A stretch of DNA of 20,188 bases, taken from a bacterium (GTDB taxonomy: Bacteria; Bdellovibrionota_C; UBA2361; CALJRW01). The DNA lies in contig JANNBC010000017.1 of assembly GCA_031385045.1 (NCBI GenBank), forward strand, positions 1 through 20,188, given 5' to 3'. This document shows, in pieces, positions 1 to 10,138 of this stretch. Made by a program: the position numbers and the translations under genes. How positions within the stretch are numbered: position 1 is the stretch's first letter; every line of letters starts with the position of its first letter. The notes beneath the pieces were generated by a model. It had not been told where the DNA came from. It worked only from the letters and a program-made list of their open reading frames with translations, and made no database searches.

Positions 1-66
1 TTTTTTTATTGACTAACTTTATACTTAACTTTAAACCTATTTCTAGACATTAAATTAGACTGATTA

Positions 67-140
67 AAGTGGACATTGATTGTCGGAATACTGGACACTG
101 ATTTACTGGAATCGGGTGGACACTGGTACTGGAATACGCA
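67..140. mobile_element. IS21-family insertion sequence terminus (terminal inverted repeat with internal repeats); element body lies to the left, outside the window
   Basis: The minus strand from 140 reads TGCGTATTCCAGTACCAGTGTCCACCCGATTCC. There are three tandem TGGACAY...GGAAT units at 70-89, 92-112 and 117-135. A 5'-TG end with multiple internal transposase-binding repeats is the IS21-family pattern. Confidence 0.75.
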
Positions 141-241
141 AGTAAATGCCTTTTTATTAATTACACAACTAGTTTATGTAAATGTTATCGCAATAATTTT
201 TCTATTTTTACTCCGAGATTAAATTTATATTTTGTTACCTA

Positions 242-907
242 ATGAATGAAAAATTATTTAAGGCACACTGTAATAAATGTAATGGTGATACAAACCACAG
301 CTTGTTGCATGAGGAAACGCAACGGTGGGAGGAAGGCTTTGATATATATTCACTTAGTGGAGGAGATCGCTTTGAAATGCTTAAATGTTGCGGTTGTGAT
401 AGCATAAAACTTCGTCACATAAATTGGTTTTCTGAGGCAACCAGTGAAACTGTAATCTATTATCCTCCTGCAATTTCTAAGCATGAACCGAGATGGCTAA
501 GTGAGTACGAAGGTGTTTTCTCAAGCAATGAAAAAGAATTTGCAAATTTGCTTCGCGAGGTGTACTCCGCTTTGCATAATGATTCAAGAAGATTAGCTGT
601 AATGGGCATTCGGGCTCTAGTTGAATGTGTAATGATATCAAAGGTTACTGACAGAGGTACGTTTGTCAAAAATTTAACTGCATTTCAGGACGCTGGTTTT
701 ATTTCTCCGAAACAACATGAAGTAATTCATTCCGTTTTAGAAGCAGGGCATGCCACTATCCACCGTAGCTTTTATCCATCGATTGATGATCTCCATACCG
801 TAGTAGAAATTGCAGAGAATTTAATTGATATGATTTATATCCAACCAATTAAAGCTGCAAAACTAAAAGATAATGTTCCTAAAAGGGGAGATATTGCAAA
901 GGCATAA
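242..907 (+). CDS. DUF4145 (HEPN-like) domain protein with N-terminal Cys/His zinc-ribbon-like region
   Basis: 221 aa ORF with N-terminal CNKC..TNH and CCGC motifs. The C-terminal LLREVYSAL...LAVMGIRALVE...GFIS...EAGHATIH pattern is typical of DUF4145. Confidence 0.7.
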   Translation: MNEKLFKAHCNKCNGDTNHSLLHEETQRWEEGFDIYSLSGGDRFEMLKCCGCDSIKLRHINWFSEATSETVIYYPPAISKHEPRWLSEYEGVFSSNEKEFANLLREVYSALHNDSRRLAVMGIRALVECVMISKVTDRGTFVKNLTAFQDAGFISPKQHEVIHSVLEAGHATIHRSFYPSIDDLHTVVEIAENLIDMIYIQPIKAAKLKDNVPKRGDIAKA

Positions 908-1047
908 ATTTTATTCTGGAACGAATTTTTTAAGCTTGACGAGGGTTGTTTACTAAAAACATAAGGTTTATGTTCAACTTTTTGATGAAGCTCAAATCAA
1001 AGTCAAAAATATAAGAATTTAATTACAGCTAATTTTGGTTTTTAGAT

Positions 1048-2099
1048 ATGAAAAAAGCTTACCGTTATTTAGCTATCTTGCTTGCCTTAGGACTGTTTGC
1101 ATTCTATTTCAACACCAAAAAGAACTTAGCTTCGAAGAGAGCTGGGAGGAGGCTGATAAAATTTCAAAGCCTTTTAGCTCAGATAAGGAATACTTCAAGA
1201 GAAGATTAAAGTTAGCTGTAACTGATAACATTGATGCACAAAACGATGTTGCCATTATGTACTCCCAAGGTCTTGCCGTTCCGCTTGATCATTATAAAGA
1301 ATTTTATTGGTCTAAATTAACGGCAGAACAAGGAGATTCTGATGCACAATTAAATATTGGACTGATGTATGCAAAAGGTACCAGTGTTCCCCAAAACTAT
1401 GCAGAAGCATTAAAATGGTTAAAACAATCCGCGGATCAAGATAACAACATGGCTCAATTCGAGTTGGGTTTAATGTACTATAATGGAGAAGGTGTTATTC
1501 AGGATTATAGCGAAGCTTATAATTTGTTTATGTTGTCTATAAAACAACGTAACCCATATGCTTTATATTATTTAGGGGTAATCAATGACGAGGGATTAGG
1601 CGTGCTAGAAAGTCCAGGTTTGGCATTTACATTGTATAAAGATGTAGCTGAAATGGGACTTACTATGGCTCAGACTAGTATTGGATTTATGTATTTTGAT
1701 GGTAGAGGAGTAGAACAAGACTATAGTGAAGCTATTAAATGGTTTAAAAAGGCAGCAAAAGAAAATGACCCCGATGCTCAGTTTGGACTTTGCACAATAC
1801 ATCATAGTGGCTATGGAGTCTCAAAAGATGAAAGTGAAGCAATGAAGTGGTGTAATTTAGCAGCTGAGCAAGGGCATGAACCCTCTCAATATTTTTTAGG
1901 ATTAGCTTATTACCACATTGATAAAAGTAATAGCGATAATTTAATAAAGTCTTATATGTGGACAAACCTAGCCTACGCTAAAAGTCAGAATAGTAAATTA
2001 TTAGCCCATAAAGACTTACTAGATAATCTAATGACTGAGGAGCAAATTGCTAAATCTAAAAAGTTAATAGCAGAGTGGAAAGTCAAAAAATCTTTTTAA
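1048..2099 (+). CDS. Sel1-like repeat (SLR/TPR) protein, exported or membrane-anchored; apparent -1 frameshift near 1117-1122
   Basis: About 6-7 Sel1 repeats (AQxxLGxMYxxGxGVxQDYxEAxKWFxKAA) lie in the 1035-2099 frame. ATG 1048 opens MKKAYRYLAILLALGLFAFYFNTKK, a signal/anchor peptide in a different frame that stops at 1207-1209. Confidence 0.8.
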
Positions 2100-2142
2100 T
2101 ATTCGAGGATTCTAGTTCTTGTTTAGTTGCTTATCTATTAGA

Positions 2143-2550
2143 TTAATGACTAATCAGATCCAACTGGGCCCTATATCTAGCCAATGACTCCGTATGCATC
2201 TGAGCATCTGGCTCTCTAAGATTTAGAGTTCCAAGTTTAGCTTCCAGGTCTTTGATCTTTGTGTTGATGTCAGCTGAGTTTAAGCCTTCAGCATGATCAA
2301 CATAATCAGTAAGGATGATAATTGAATCTTCTAGGAAATTACAGAATCCATTGCAGGTTACGAACTGGTGTTTTTTGTTTTGTCTGTCTGTGAAATTAAG
2401 AATCCCTGAACCTAAGATGGAAGTGTAGGTAATGTGAGATGGTAGGATTGTGATCTGTCCTTTCGAAGTTTCGAGCGTTACTTCATTTGTTTCAGCTTCG
2501 ACTTCTAGGCCGTCGGGAGTAACAACTTTGATTGTAAAATATTCGGACAT
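2143..2550 (-). CDS. atpC: F1 ATP synthase epsilon subunit
   Basis: IKVVTPDG...GQITILPSH motif, 135 aa, follows atpD. Confidence 0.95.
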   Translation of the reverse strand: MSEYFTIKVVTPDGLEVEAETNEVTLETSKGQITILPSHITYTSILGSGILNFTDRQNKKHQFVTCNGFCNFLEDSIIILTDYVDHAEGLNSADINTKIKDLEAKLGTLNLREPDAQMHTESLARYRAQLDLISH

Positions 2551-2559
2551 AAATTTTTC

Positions 2560-2586
2560 AAAAAAAAAAATTTAGCGAAGCTAAAT
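2560..2586 (-). terminator. Weak intrinsic-terminator-like hairpin with U-tract immediately upstream of atpC
   Basis: Minus strand reads ATTTAGC-TTC-GCTAAAT followed by a T tract (A11 at 2560-2570 on +). The stem is AU-rich. Confidence 0.35.
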
Positions 2587-2604
2587 ATAACTAAAAATTT
2601 ATCA

Positions 2605-2658
2605 CGCCCCTACTATTTACTAACTAGACACCGTGTGAATACTTATAAAGTAGGGGCG
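2605..2658. repeat. GTAG-type REP-like inverted repeat pair
   Basis: CGCCCCTACT (2605-2614) and AGTAGGGGCG (2649-2658) form a perfect 10-bp inverted repeat, GC-rich in an AT-rich spacer. Confidence 0.5.
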
Positions 2659-2783
2659 GATTGCTGATTAAAAGTTTCAGCGTGCTCTTAAGTATTTAGA
2701 ATTTAAATAGTTAAGAGTTATTGTTGGCACTTGCCAAGAACTTATCTCCCTCATTATCACTAATGAGAGAGATAGTATTAATA

Positions 2784-4250
<1,467 letters not shown>

Positions 4251-4258
4251 TTATTCAC

Positions 4259-5152
4259 CTATACAGCGTTCGCACCACCAACAATGTCTAAGATTTCACC
4301 GGTAATACCAGCCTGTCTTAGTTTGTTATACGTAAGTGTTAAACTTTCAATTAAATCTCCAGCGTTTCTAGTAGCGTTATCCATCGCTGTCATTCGGCTA
4401 GCGTGTTCGCTAGCTTTAGCATCAAGAGCTCCTTGTCTTAAAGAAATTCTTGTTAGTCTTGGAAGTAATGCTGCAAAAACTTCATCACTAGAAGGTTCAA
4501 ATTTAGTTTGGGACTTGCTTGTAGTGTCATTAGTCTCAGCAACTTTAGCCATTAGTTGATCTAAAGTAATTGGTAGTAACTGAGTAGTAGTGGCAGTCAT
4601 TGTAAGTGCTGATTTGAAATGAGTATAAATTAAATAGACAGCATCAACATCACCATTTAGAAATTCAACTTCTGCTTGCTTACAAATCTCATCAAGTGGC
4701 CAGTTAGAAACGCTTTCTGGTAAATCTTTATAACATTCGAATTCTTTATTTTTTTCACGTTGATAGAATTCCGCAAGCTTAGAGCCTAAAAGCACTGCTT
4801 CAATTTTAACATTAGGATTTTTTGCTTTTTGCTCTTTAGTAAAAGCAGTAATAGCTTTGTTAATATTAGAGTTATAGGCTCCGCAAAGTCCGCGGCTAGC
4901 ACCGACAACAATAAGTTTAATCTTATTTGTTGTTCTTTGTTCTAATAGCGGATGAGTAAGTTCAGAAACATCAGTAGCAGAAAGAACACCAGAAAGTAAT
5001 TTCTTAAGTGCAATGCTGTATTCACGAGAACGAGCTACGGCGTCTTGTGCCCCACGCATCTTGGTGGCCGACACAAGCTTCATCGCATAAGTGATCTTCT
5101 TCGTGTTCTTAACCGATTTGATTCGGATATTAATTTCTTTTAATCCAGCCAT
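4259..5152 (-). CDS. atpG: F1 ATP synthase gamma subunit
   Basis: IKSVKNTKKITYAMKLVS, RGLCGAYN, SEHASRMTAMDNAT and RQAGITGEI motifs. Confidence 0.99.
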   Translation of the reverse strand: MAGLKEINIRIKSVKNTKKITYAMKLVSATKMRGAQDAVARSREYSIALKKLLSGVLSATDVSELTHPLLEQRTTNKIKLIVVGASRGLCGAYNSNINKAITAFTKEQKAKNPNVKIEAVLLGSKLAEFYQREKNKEFECYKDLPESVSNWPLDEICKQAEVEFLNGDVDAVYLIYTHFKSALTMTATTTQLLPITLDQLMAKVAETNDTTSKSQTKFEPSSDEVFAALLPRLTRISLRQGALDAKASEHASRMTAMDNATRNAGDLIESLTLTYNKLRQAGITGEILDIVGGANAV

Positions 5153-5173
5153 TGGTATTTAATCTAAAATCCT

Positions 5174-5236
5174 TCCACCTTCGCGCTTAAATTACTTAGT
5201 TTTACTAAGCAATTTAAGCGCTTCGGCGTGACAAGC
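5174..5236 (+). repeat. REP-like hairpin element, copy A (TCCACC...GACAAGC), in the atpA-atpG spacer
   Basis: Central stem GCGCTTAAATTACTTAGT-TTT-ACTAAGCAATTTAAGCGC pairs at 17 of 18 positions. Its ends match copy B (13561-13626) at 10/13 and 16/19 nt. Confidence 0.7.
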
Positions 5237-5248
5237 CACCTTAATTTA

Positions 5249-6790
5249 TTACGCAGTTGCTCCAGCATTCTGGTAATTAGAAGCTGAACGGAATTGAGTT
5301 ACAAAGCTTGCGATTACTTCGTTAAGCTTAGTATCAACACCGCCATCAAAACTTCCTGTATCAGCAAGTTGTTTAACAGTCTCTGCATGATTAGCAGCTA
5401 AGTGCTGATGTAAGCCTTCTTCAAAAGCTTTCATTTCGCTTAGAGCCAATTTATCACAGTGACCATTGCTGACTGCTAAGATGGAAATAATCTGATAGGC
5501 AACTGGCATTGGTACGTACTGATCTTGCTTTAAGATTTCTACAAGTCTCTCCCCTCTTTTTAACTGAGAAAGAGTTGCGTCATCTAGATCAGATCCGAAC
5601 TGAGCAAAGGCTTGCATTTCACGAAACTGAGCTAAGTTAATACGAAGAGTACCAGCAATCTTTTTCATTGCTTTTACTTGAGCTGAACCACCTACCCTTG
5701 ATACCGAAAGACCAACGTTTACAGCTGGGCGAATACCAGAGTGAAATAATTCTGACTCTAAGTAAATCTGACCATCAGTAATAGAAATTACGTTAGTTGG
5801 GATGTAAGCAGATACGTCACCTTCTTGTGTTTCAATGATTGGAAGAGCTGTTAAAGATCCACCACCCATTTCATCACTTAATTTAGCAGCACGCTCAAGT
5901 AAGCGAGAATGAAGATAGAACACGTCCCCTGGATAAGCTTCACGTCCTGGTGGGCGTCTTAGCAGTAAGCTCATACTACGATAAGCTTGAGCATGTTTTG
6001 ATAAATCATCATAAATGATCAAAGCATGCTGACCTTTTTCCATGAAGTACTCACCCATAGTACATCCAGTAAATGGAGCTAAGAATGACATTGGAGCAGG
6101 CTCAGAAGCAGAAGCACAAACTACGATTGTGTGATCCATCGCGCCGGCCTCTTTTAATTTATTTACAACTTGAGCAACAGAAGAACGCTTTTGTCCGATA
6201 GCTACGTAAATACAAATTACGCCAGTTCCTTTTTGGTTAATGATTGTATCGATTGCTACAGCAGTCTTACCAGTTTTACGGTCACCAATAATTAACTCAC
6301 GCTGACCACGTCCGATTGGAATCATCGCATCAATTGCTTTGATCCCTGTTTGCATTGGCTGATTTACGCTTTTTCTTTTAACAATACCTGGAGCTTTGAT
6401 TTCGATCTTACGCATCTCAGTACCAGTGATTTCACCAAGACCATCAATAGCATTTCCTAGTGCATCAACTACGCGACCAACCATCGGTTTCCCAACTGGA
6501 GCTTCAGCAATCTTACCAGTACGTTTAACAAGATCGCCTTCTTTTACTTCACGAGTTTCCCCCATGATTACAACCCCTACAGAGTCTTCTTCCAAGTTAA
6601 GAGCGATACCTTTGATTCCGTTAGCGAATTCTACAAGCTCTCCTGCAATTACATTGCGAAGACCGTGAACTCGTCCCACACCATCTGATACGGAAATGAT
6701 TGTACCAGTTTCGCTTAATTCTTGGGCGCTAGTGTAGTTCTGAATTTTATCCTTAAGGATTTTGTTTATTTCATCAGCGTCAATTGCCAT
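5249..6790 (-). CDS. atpA: F1 ATP synthase alpha subunit
   Basis: [17 protein letters not shown] and [22 protein letters not shown] motifs. Confidence 0.99.
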   Translation of the reverse strand: MAIDADEINKILKDKIQNYTSAQELSETGTIISVSDGVGRVHGLRNVIAGELVEFANGIKGIALNLEEDSVGVVIMGETREVKEGDLVKRTGKIAEAPVGKPMVGRVVDALGNAIDGLGEITGTEMRKIEIKAPGIVKRKSVNQPMQTGIKAIDAMIPIGRGQRELIIGDRKTGKTAVAIDTIINQKGTGVICIYVAIGQKRSSVAQVVNKLKEAGAMDHTIVVCASASEPAPMSFLAPFTGCTMGEYFMEKGQHALIIYDDLSKHAQAYRSMSLLLRRPPGREAYPGDVFYLHSRLLERAAKLSDEMGGGSLTALPIIETQEGDVSAYIPTNVISITDGQIYLESELFHSGIRPAVNVGLSVSRVGGSAQVKAMKKIAGTLRINLAQFREMQAFAQFGSDLDDATLSQLKRGERLVEILKQDQYVPMPVAYQIISILAVSNGHCDKLALSEMKAFEEGLHQHLAANHAETVKQLADTGSFDGGVDTKLNEVIASFVTQFRSASNYQNAGATA

Positions 6791-6801
6791 TGTTTTTCCT
6801 A

Positions 6802-7344
6802 TTAACTAAGTAAAGATATTTTAATTTTTTCCAAAGCTCCACTAATGGAACTATCAAGTAGTTGGTCACCAGACTTCACTACAAATCCTCCAATGATCTC
6901 TGGATTGCTTTGCCATTCGACTTGAACAGTCGAACCAAAATTCTTTTTTAAGTAGCTCACTACTTCTTCCTTCTCATCATGGGAAAGATCTGAGGCTGTT
7001 GTAATTGATAGCTCTAGACTCTTTAAGAAATGATTGTAAAGACTGCGGAATTCTAAAGCGATTTCAGGTATTAAATTTAGCTTAGAATTATCTAATAAAA
7101 TATTAGCGAAGTTTTTAAATTCTTTTGGGTTATTTAACTCAGCTAAAAGAGCGTTTAGTACTTGTCTTTTATTGTCCAGAATAACAGCTGGATTTCCAAA
7201 AAAACTAGCAACCATTGGATCATTCGACCAAGCCTGGCTAAGTGCTTCTAGTGTATCAGCAATGCCTGGCAGTGCTTCTGGCTGACAACTAGCAAAAAGA
7301 GCTTTAGTAAGTTTACGAGCTGATTTAGAAACTATCTTAGACAT
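6802..7344 (-). CDS. atpH: F1 ATP synthase delta subunit
   Basis: 180 aa with C-terminal [19 protein letters not shown], located directly before atpA. Confidence 0.95.
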   Translation of the reverse strand: MSKIVSKSARKLTKALFASCQPEALPGIADTLEALSQAWSNDPMVASFFGNPAVILDNKRQVLNALLAELNNPKEFKNFANILLDNSKLNLIPEIALEFRSLYNHFLKSLELSITTASDLSHDEKEEVVSYLKKNFGSTVQVEWQSNPEIIGGFVVKSGDQLLDSSISGALEKIKISLLS

Positions 7345-7921
7345 GTTTGTTTTTGATTAAAGAGTTTAAGCCTTCTAAGCTGGCTGTGCGGTAGGCACGA
7401 TCGTTAGCTGTTGTGAATTCTTGTTTTAATCGAACTTTGGCAATTGAGCAGACTTTTTCCGCAAACTCTGATTTTACTGCTTTTTCTGTTGCTTTGATTT
7501 CAGAGGCTACGGCAACTTCGGCTTGTTTTAAGATTCGTTCTTTTTGTTCTAATGCTTGTTCGTTAATTCGAGCACTCTCATGTTTTGTTTCTTCGTTAAT
7601 GTTAGCTTGAAGACTAGAGATACTACTAGGAACACTGGCAACTTTAGATTTAACATTGTTTAGGCGTTCTTCTGCTTGGGCTAATGCTCTTTCACTCTTT
7701 AGGATATTATCTTCTAGTTCCGAAACTCGTTTTTTCCAAATTTGAACTAGTGGGTTTTTAAGTATAAAAAATCCACCAGCAACAAAGATTATAAAATTAA
7801 TCCACATGATTGTTAGTGTCGGTCCGTGGTGGTGCGCACCTTCAGCCCAGACAGTTGCAGGGCCTACTAGTAAAAGCGCTACTGCTAGAAGGCAAATTTT
7901 AGAAAATGTATTTTTCATCAT
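7337..7921 (-). CDS. atpF: Fo ATP synthase subunit b, with signal-peptide-like N-terminal extension
   Basis: WINFIIFVAGGFFILKNPL transmembrane segment followed by a coiled coil; overlaps the atpH start. Confidence 0.88.
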   Translation of the reverse strand: MMKNTFSKICLLAVALLLVGPATVWAEGAHHHGPTLTIMWINFIIFVAGGFFILKNPLVQIWKKRVSELEDNILKSERALAQAEERLNNVKSKVASVPSSISSLQANINEETKHESARINEQALEQKERILKQAEVAVASEIKATEKAVKSEFAEKVCSIAKVRLKQEFTTANDRAYRTASLEGLNSLIKNKHV

Positions 7922-7931
7922 AAATCTTTAA

Positions 7932-8522
7932 TTATTTTCCGTTAGCTATTTGTGGGGCAGATTTTAGTTTGTTCACAACTTCACCAGCAAGTTGTCCTGC
8001 TTGGCTTTCTAAGTCAGCTTTAAGCTTAACGATCAAGTCCGTAGCTTCTTGAATTGCTTTCTCGCTACGTGACATTGCTTCATTTTCAGCTTCTGTAATT
8101 ACTTGAGCAGCTAGTTTTTTAGCATCTGCTACTTGAGCCATCTTACCTTGTACGGCATCTCGTCTAGCAATGTTGATTTGTTCTTCGGCTTCATTTTCTA
8201 AGCGAGTAGCTTCAGCCAGCTTTTGTTCGGCAAGTTCTTGGCTTCCTTCTGTTGCCGCTTCGCGAGCTTCGTTTAGAGCAAGGAATGGCTCAAAAACAGC
8301 ATTTTCCATTAGCTTCCAGAAGACAAAGAATAGGAATGAACCAACTGGAATGAAAATTAGATCTGTTGGAGTTAGCTTTAAAAAATCACCACAGAAATCA
8401 ATTGTTGATTTTGGAAGAAAGAAAATTACTAATTCAAGAGCAACGAGGATAATGAAAAAAACAATACCTTGTTGAACTGGGTGTCCTTTGGCAGAAGAAG
8501 GGGCAGAATGTTTCGCAGACAT
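7932..8522 (-). CDS. Fo ATP synthase subunit b' (second b-type subunit)
   Basis: FLFFVFWKLMENAVFEPFLALNEARE transmembrane/hinge segment followed by an Ala/Glu-rich coiled coil; first gene of the atp cluster. Confidence 0.85.
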   Translation of the reverse strand: MSAKHSAPSSAKGHPVQQGIVFFIILVALELVIFFLPKSTIDFCGDFLKLTPTDLIFIPVGSFLFFVFWKLMENAVFEPFLALNEAREAATEGSQELAEQKLAEATRLENEAEEQINIARRDAVQGKMAQVADAKKLAAQVITEAENEAMSRSEKAIQEATDLIVKLKADLESQAGQLAGEVVNKLKSAPQIANGK

Positions 8523-8556
8523 TTAATGGGATTAATTACTTAAATTGTTGCGCAAC

Positions 8557-8584
8557 GTTATATTCTATAGGCCAAAAAAGTCAA
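8557..8584 (-). promoter_or_regulatory. Putative sigma70 promoter of the atp operon
   Basis: Minus strand TTGACT (8584-8579), 16-nt spacer, TATAAC (8562-8557), about 35 nt upstream of the b' start. Confidence 0.5.
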
Positions 8585-8680
8585 CTTTAGGAAGGTATTT
8601 AAGTCACTTAAAACAACTCAGCAATCGCTCTCTATTTGACAGTGCCCGATTAAAAAATCTGGCAATTTTATAGCTCTGAA

Positions 8681-10057
8681 CTATCTAACGCTGTTTTCCC
8701 GATGTCCACCCCCAGCACTAACACCAATAAAGACACTTTTCGGTCGAGCTTCTCCAATTGAATATGAGTCACGATATGAAAGGCTACTGGCTAATGCTGT
8801 TAAGTATTCATTGTAGATCTCTACAATGCCTCTTGGGCATTCTCTCCATCTGGCTTCTCCCTCTGGAGTTACACCCTCACGAAGGACACCATTATAGATT
8901 AATTGAAAGAATTCTGATGCTTGACCGGCATAAAGTTTATAATGAGCGGGGTCCGGACATTCTTTAATCTTTGCTTCAATGATTTGTTGAGCACGGCTTC
9001 TTGGTTCAAATCGTTTGTCGATTTCTATCAGTTCCGGAACGGTGAAAGCACCACTCTCTTTTGCTTTTGCAAATTCACCACCAATCATGACAGTGTCAGC
9101 AAATACTAAGGCCTTGCTTACGTCTCCTGGACATTGAATTCCACCATCTGCAATTACTGGGACACCCTTTAAAAGTCTTGCTGGCCAAATTCTAGCCAAG
9201 GCAGATAATTGTGGAAAACCAACTCCGGCAATTGCCCGAGTGCTACACATCGCTCCTGGTCCAATTCCAACTTTTACAGCATCTGCTCCAGCTTTCACGC
9301 AGTCCAGATATTCTTGAACTGTTGCAATGTTGCCGACAATCACATTCGTATCCGGAAGAACTTTTTTGATTTCTTTTAGTAAGCTTAGCGCGCATTGATT
9401 AGATCCATGGGCAATATCAATGCAAAATCCAGCTACTCCAACAGAGGCAATTGCTTGGATTTGAGCAAGGTACTTTTCTGGCTCTCTTTTAAATGCATCA
9501 ACGCCCAGTGATTGAATCAGATTTTTAGGAGCGATTGCTAAGCGTTCGGAAATGGCCCTTTGCCACTCGGAAGATAACTCAGTAATGGGATGATCCTTAT
9601 GATTTCCGCAAAGTGATTTAGGAAAGCGGTCAGCAATTAAGACGATTTCAGGATTACTGGCGATTAATGTTCTTAGTAATTCTTCAGAGAACACGGTCAT
9701 CATGTTTGCTGGGATTAATGGATTTGGAACAACTAAGTTCTTGGTTAATAAGGAACTAGTATCAAATTTTGGATCGAAGCGAGAGGTTGCTCTACTTTGT
9801 GAGACGGGCTCTAGTAAAACATCACTGTAAGTTAATCCAGTTTCGACTTTTCCTGAAGCAATTAAATTAGTTGTGTTTGCTTTAGTTGCTTTTGCTTCTG
9901 CCATAATCTTTCGATGTTGGCCTTGGATTTTTAGTGGTTCATAGTGCTTCATTGGATCCAACTCCGCAGGTTTTATTATATGAATTCTAGTAAGGTGGGC
10001 CTTGTGAAGTGGATTTTCTGTGGTTGCAGGAGAGGCTGGTGGGAGACTTGGATTCAT
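8681..10057 (-). CDS. IMP dehydrogenase/GMP reductase family protein without CBS domains; GMP-reductase-like; start uncertain (alternative ATG at 9904)
   Basis: LTYSDVLLEP, IDIAHG, GNIAT, VKVGIGPGAMCSTR (catalytic Cys), IADGGI and PEG motifs. Confidence 0.85.
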   Translation of the reverse strand: MNPSLPPASPATTENPLHKAHLTRIHIIKPAELDPMKHYEPLKIQGQHRKIMAEAKATKANTTNLIASGKVETGLTYSDVLLEPVSQSRATSRFDPKFDTSSLLTKNLVVPNPLIPANMMTVFSEELLRTLIASNPEIVLIADRFPKSLCGNHKDHPITELSSEWQRAISERLAIAPKNLIQSLGVDAFKREPEKYLAQIQAIASVGVAGFCIDIAHGSNQCALSLLKEIKKVLPDTNVIVGNIATVQEYLDCVKAGADAVKVGIGPGAMCSTRAIAGVGFPQLSALARIWPARLLKGVPVIADGGIQCPGDVSKALVFADTVMIGGEFAKAKESGAFTVPELIEIDKRFEPRSRAQQIIEAKIKECPDPAHYKLYAGQASEFFQLIYNGVLREGVTPEGEARWRECPRGIVEIYNEYLTALASSLSYRDSYSIGEARPKSVFIGVSAGGGHRENSVR

Positions 10058-10138
10058 ATTTGATAGGGGAAATTAAGTTAATCGAGTTTTCGATTTATCA
10101 TGGATGAAAGACTTAATCAAAACAATGTTTGTTTTGGC

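Noticed and set aside
70..135. Three tandem repeats as a CRISPR array
   Set aside because: The units are separated by only 2-4 nt with no unique spacers, and they end in an IS21-type terminus.
936..964. Sigma70 promoter at TTGACG
   Set aside because: There is no credible -10 hexamer at 16-18 nt spacing.
1035..1047. TTG 1035 as the start of the Sel1 gene
   Set aside because: It gives an implausible N-terminus; ATG 1048 in another frame encodes a clear signal/anchor peptide.
8681..10057. Assigning the symbol guaB or guaC
   Set aside because: The diagnostic residues are mixed and divergent, so the reaction cannot be fixed by eye.
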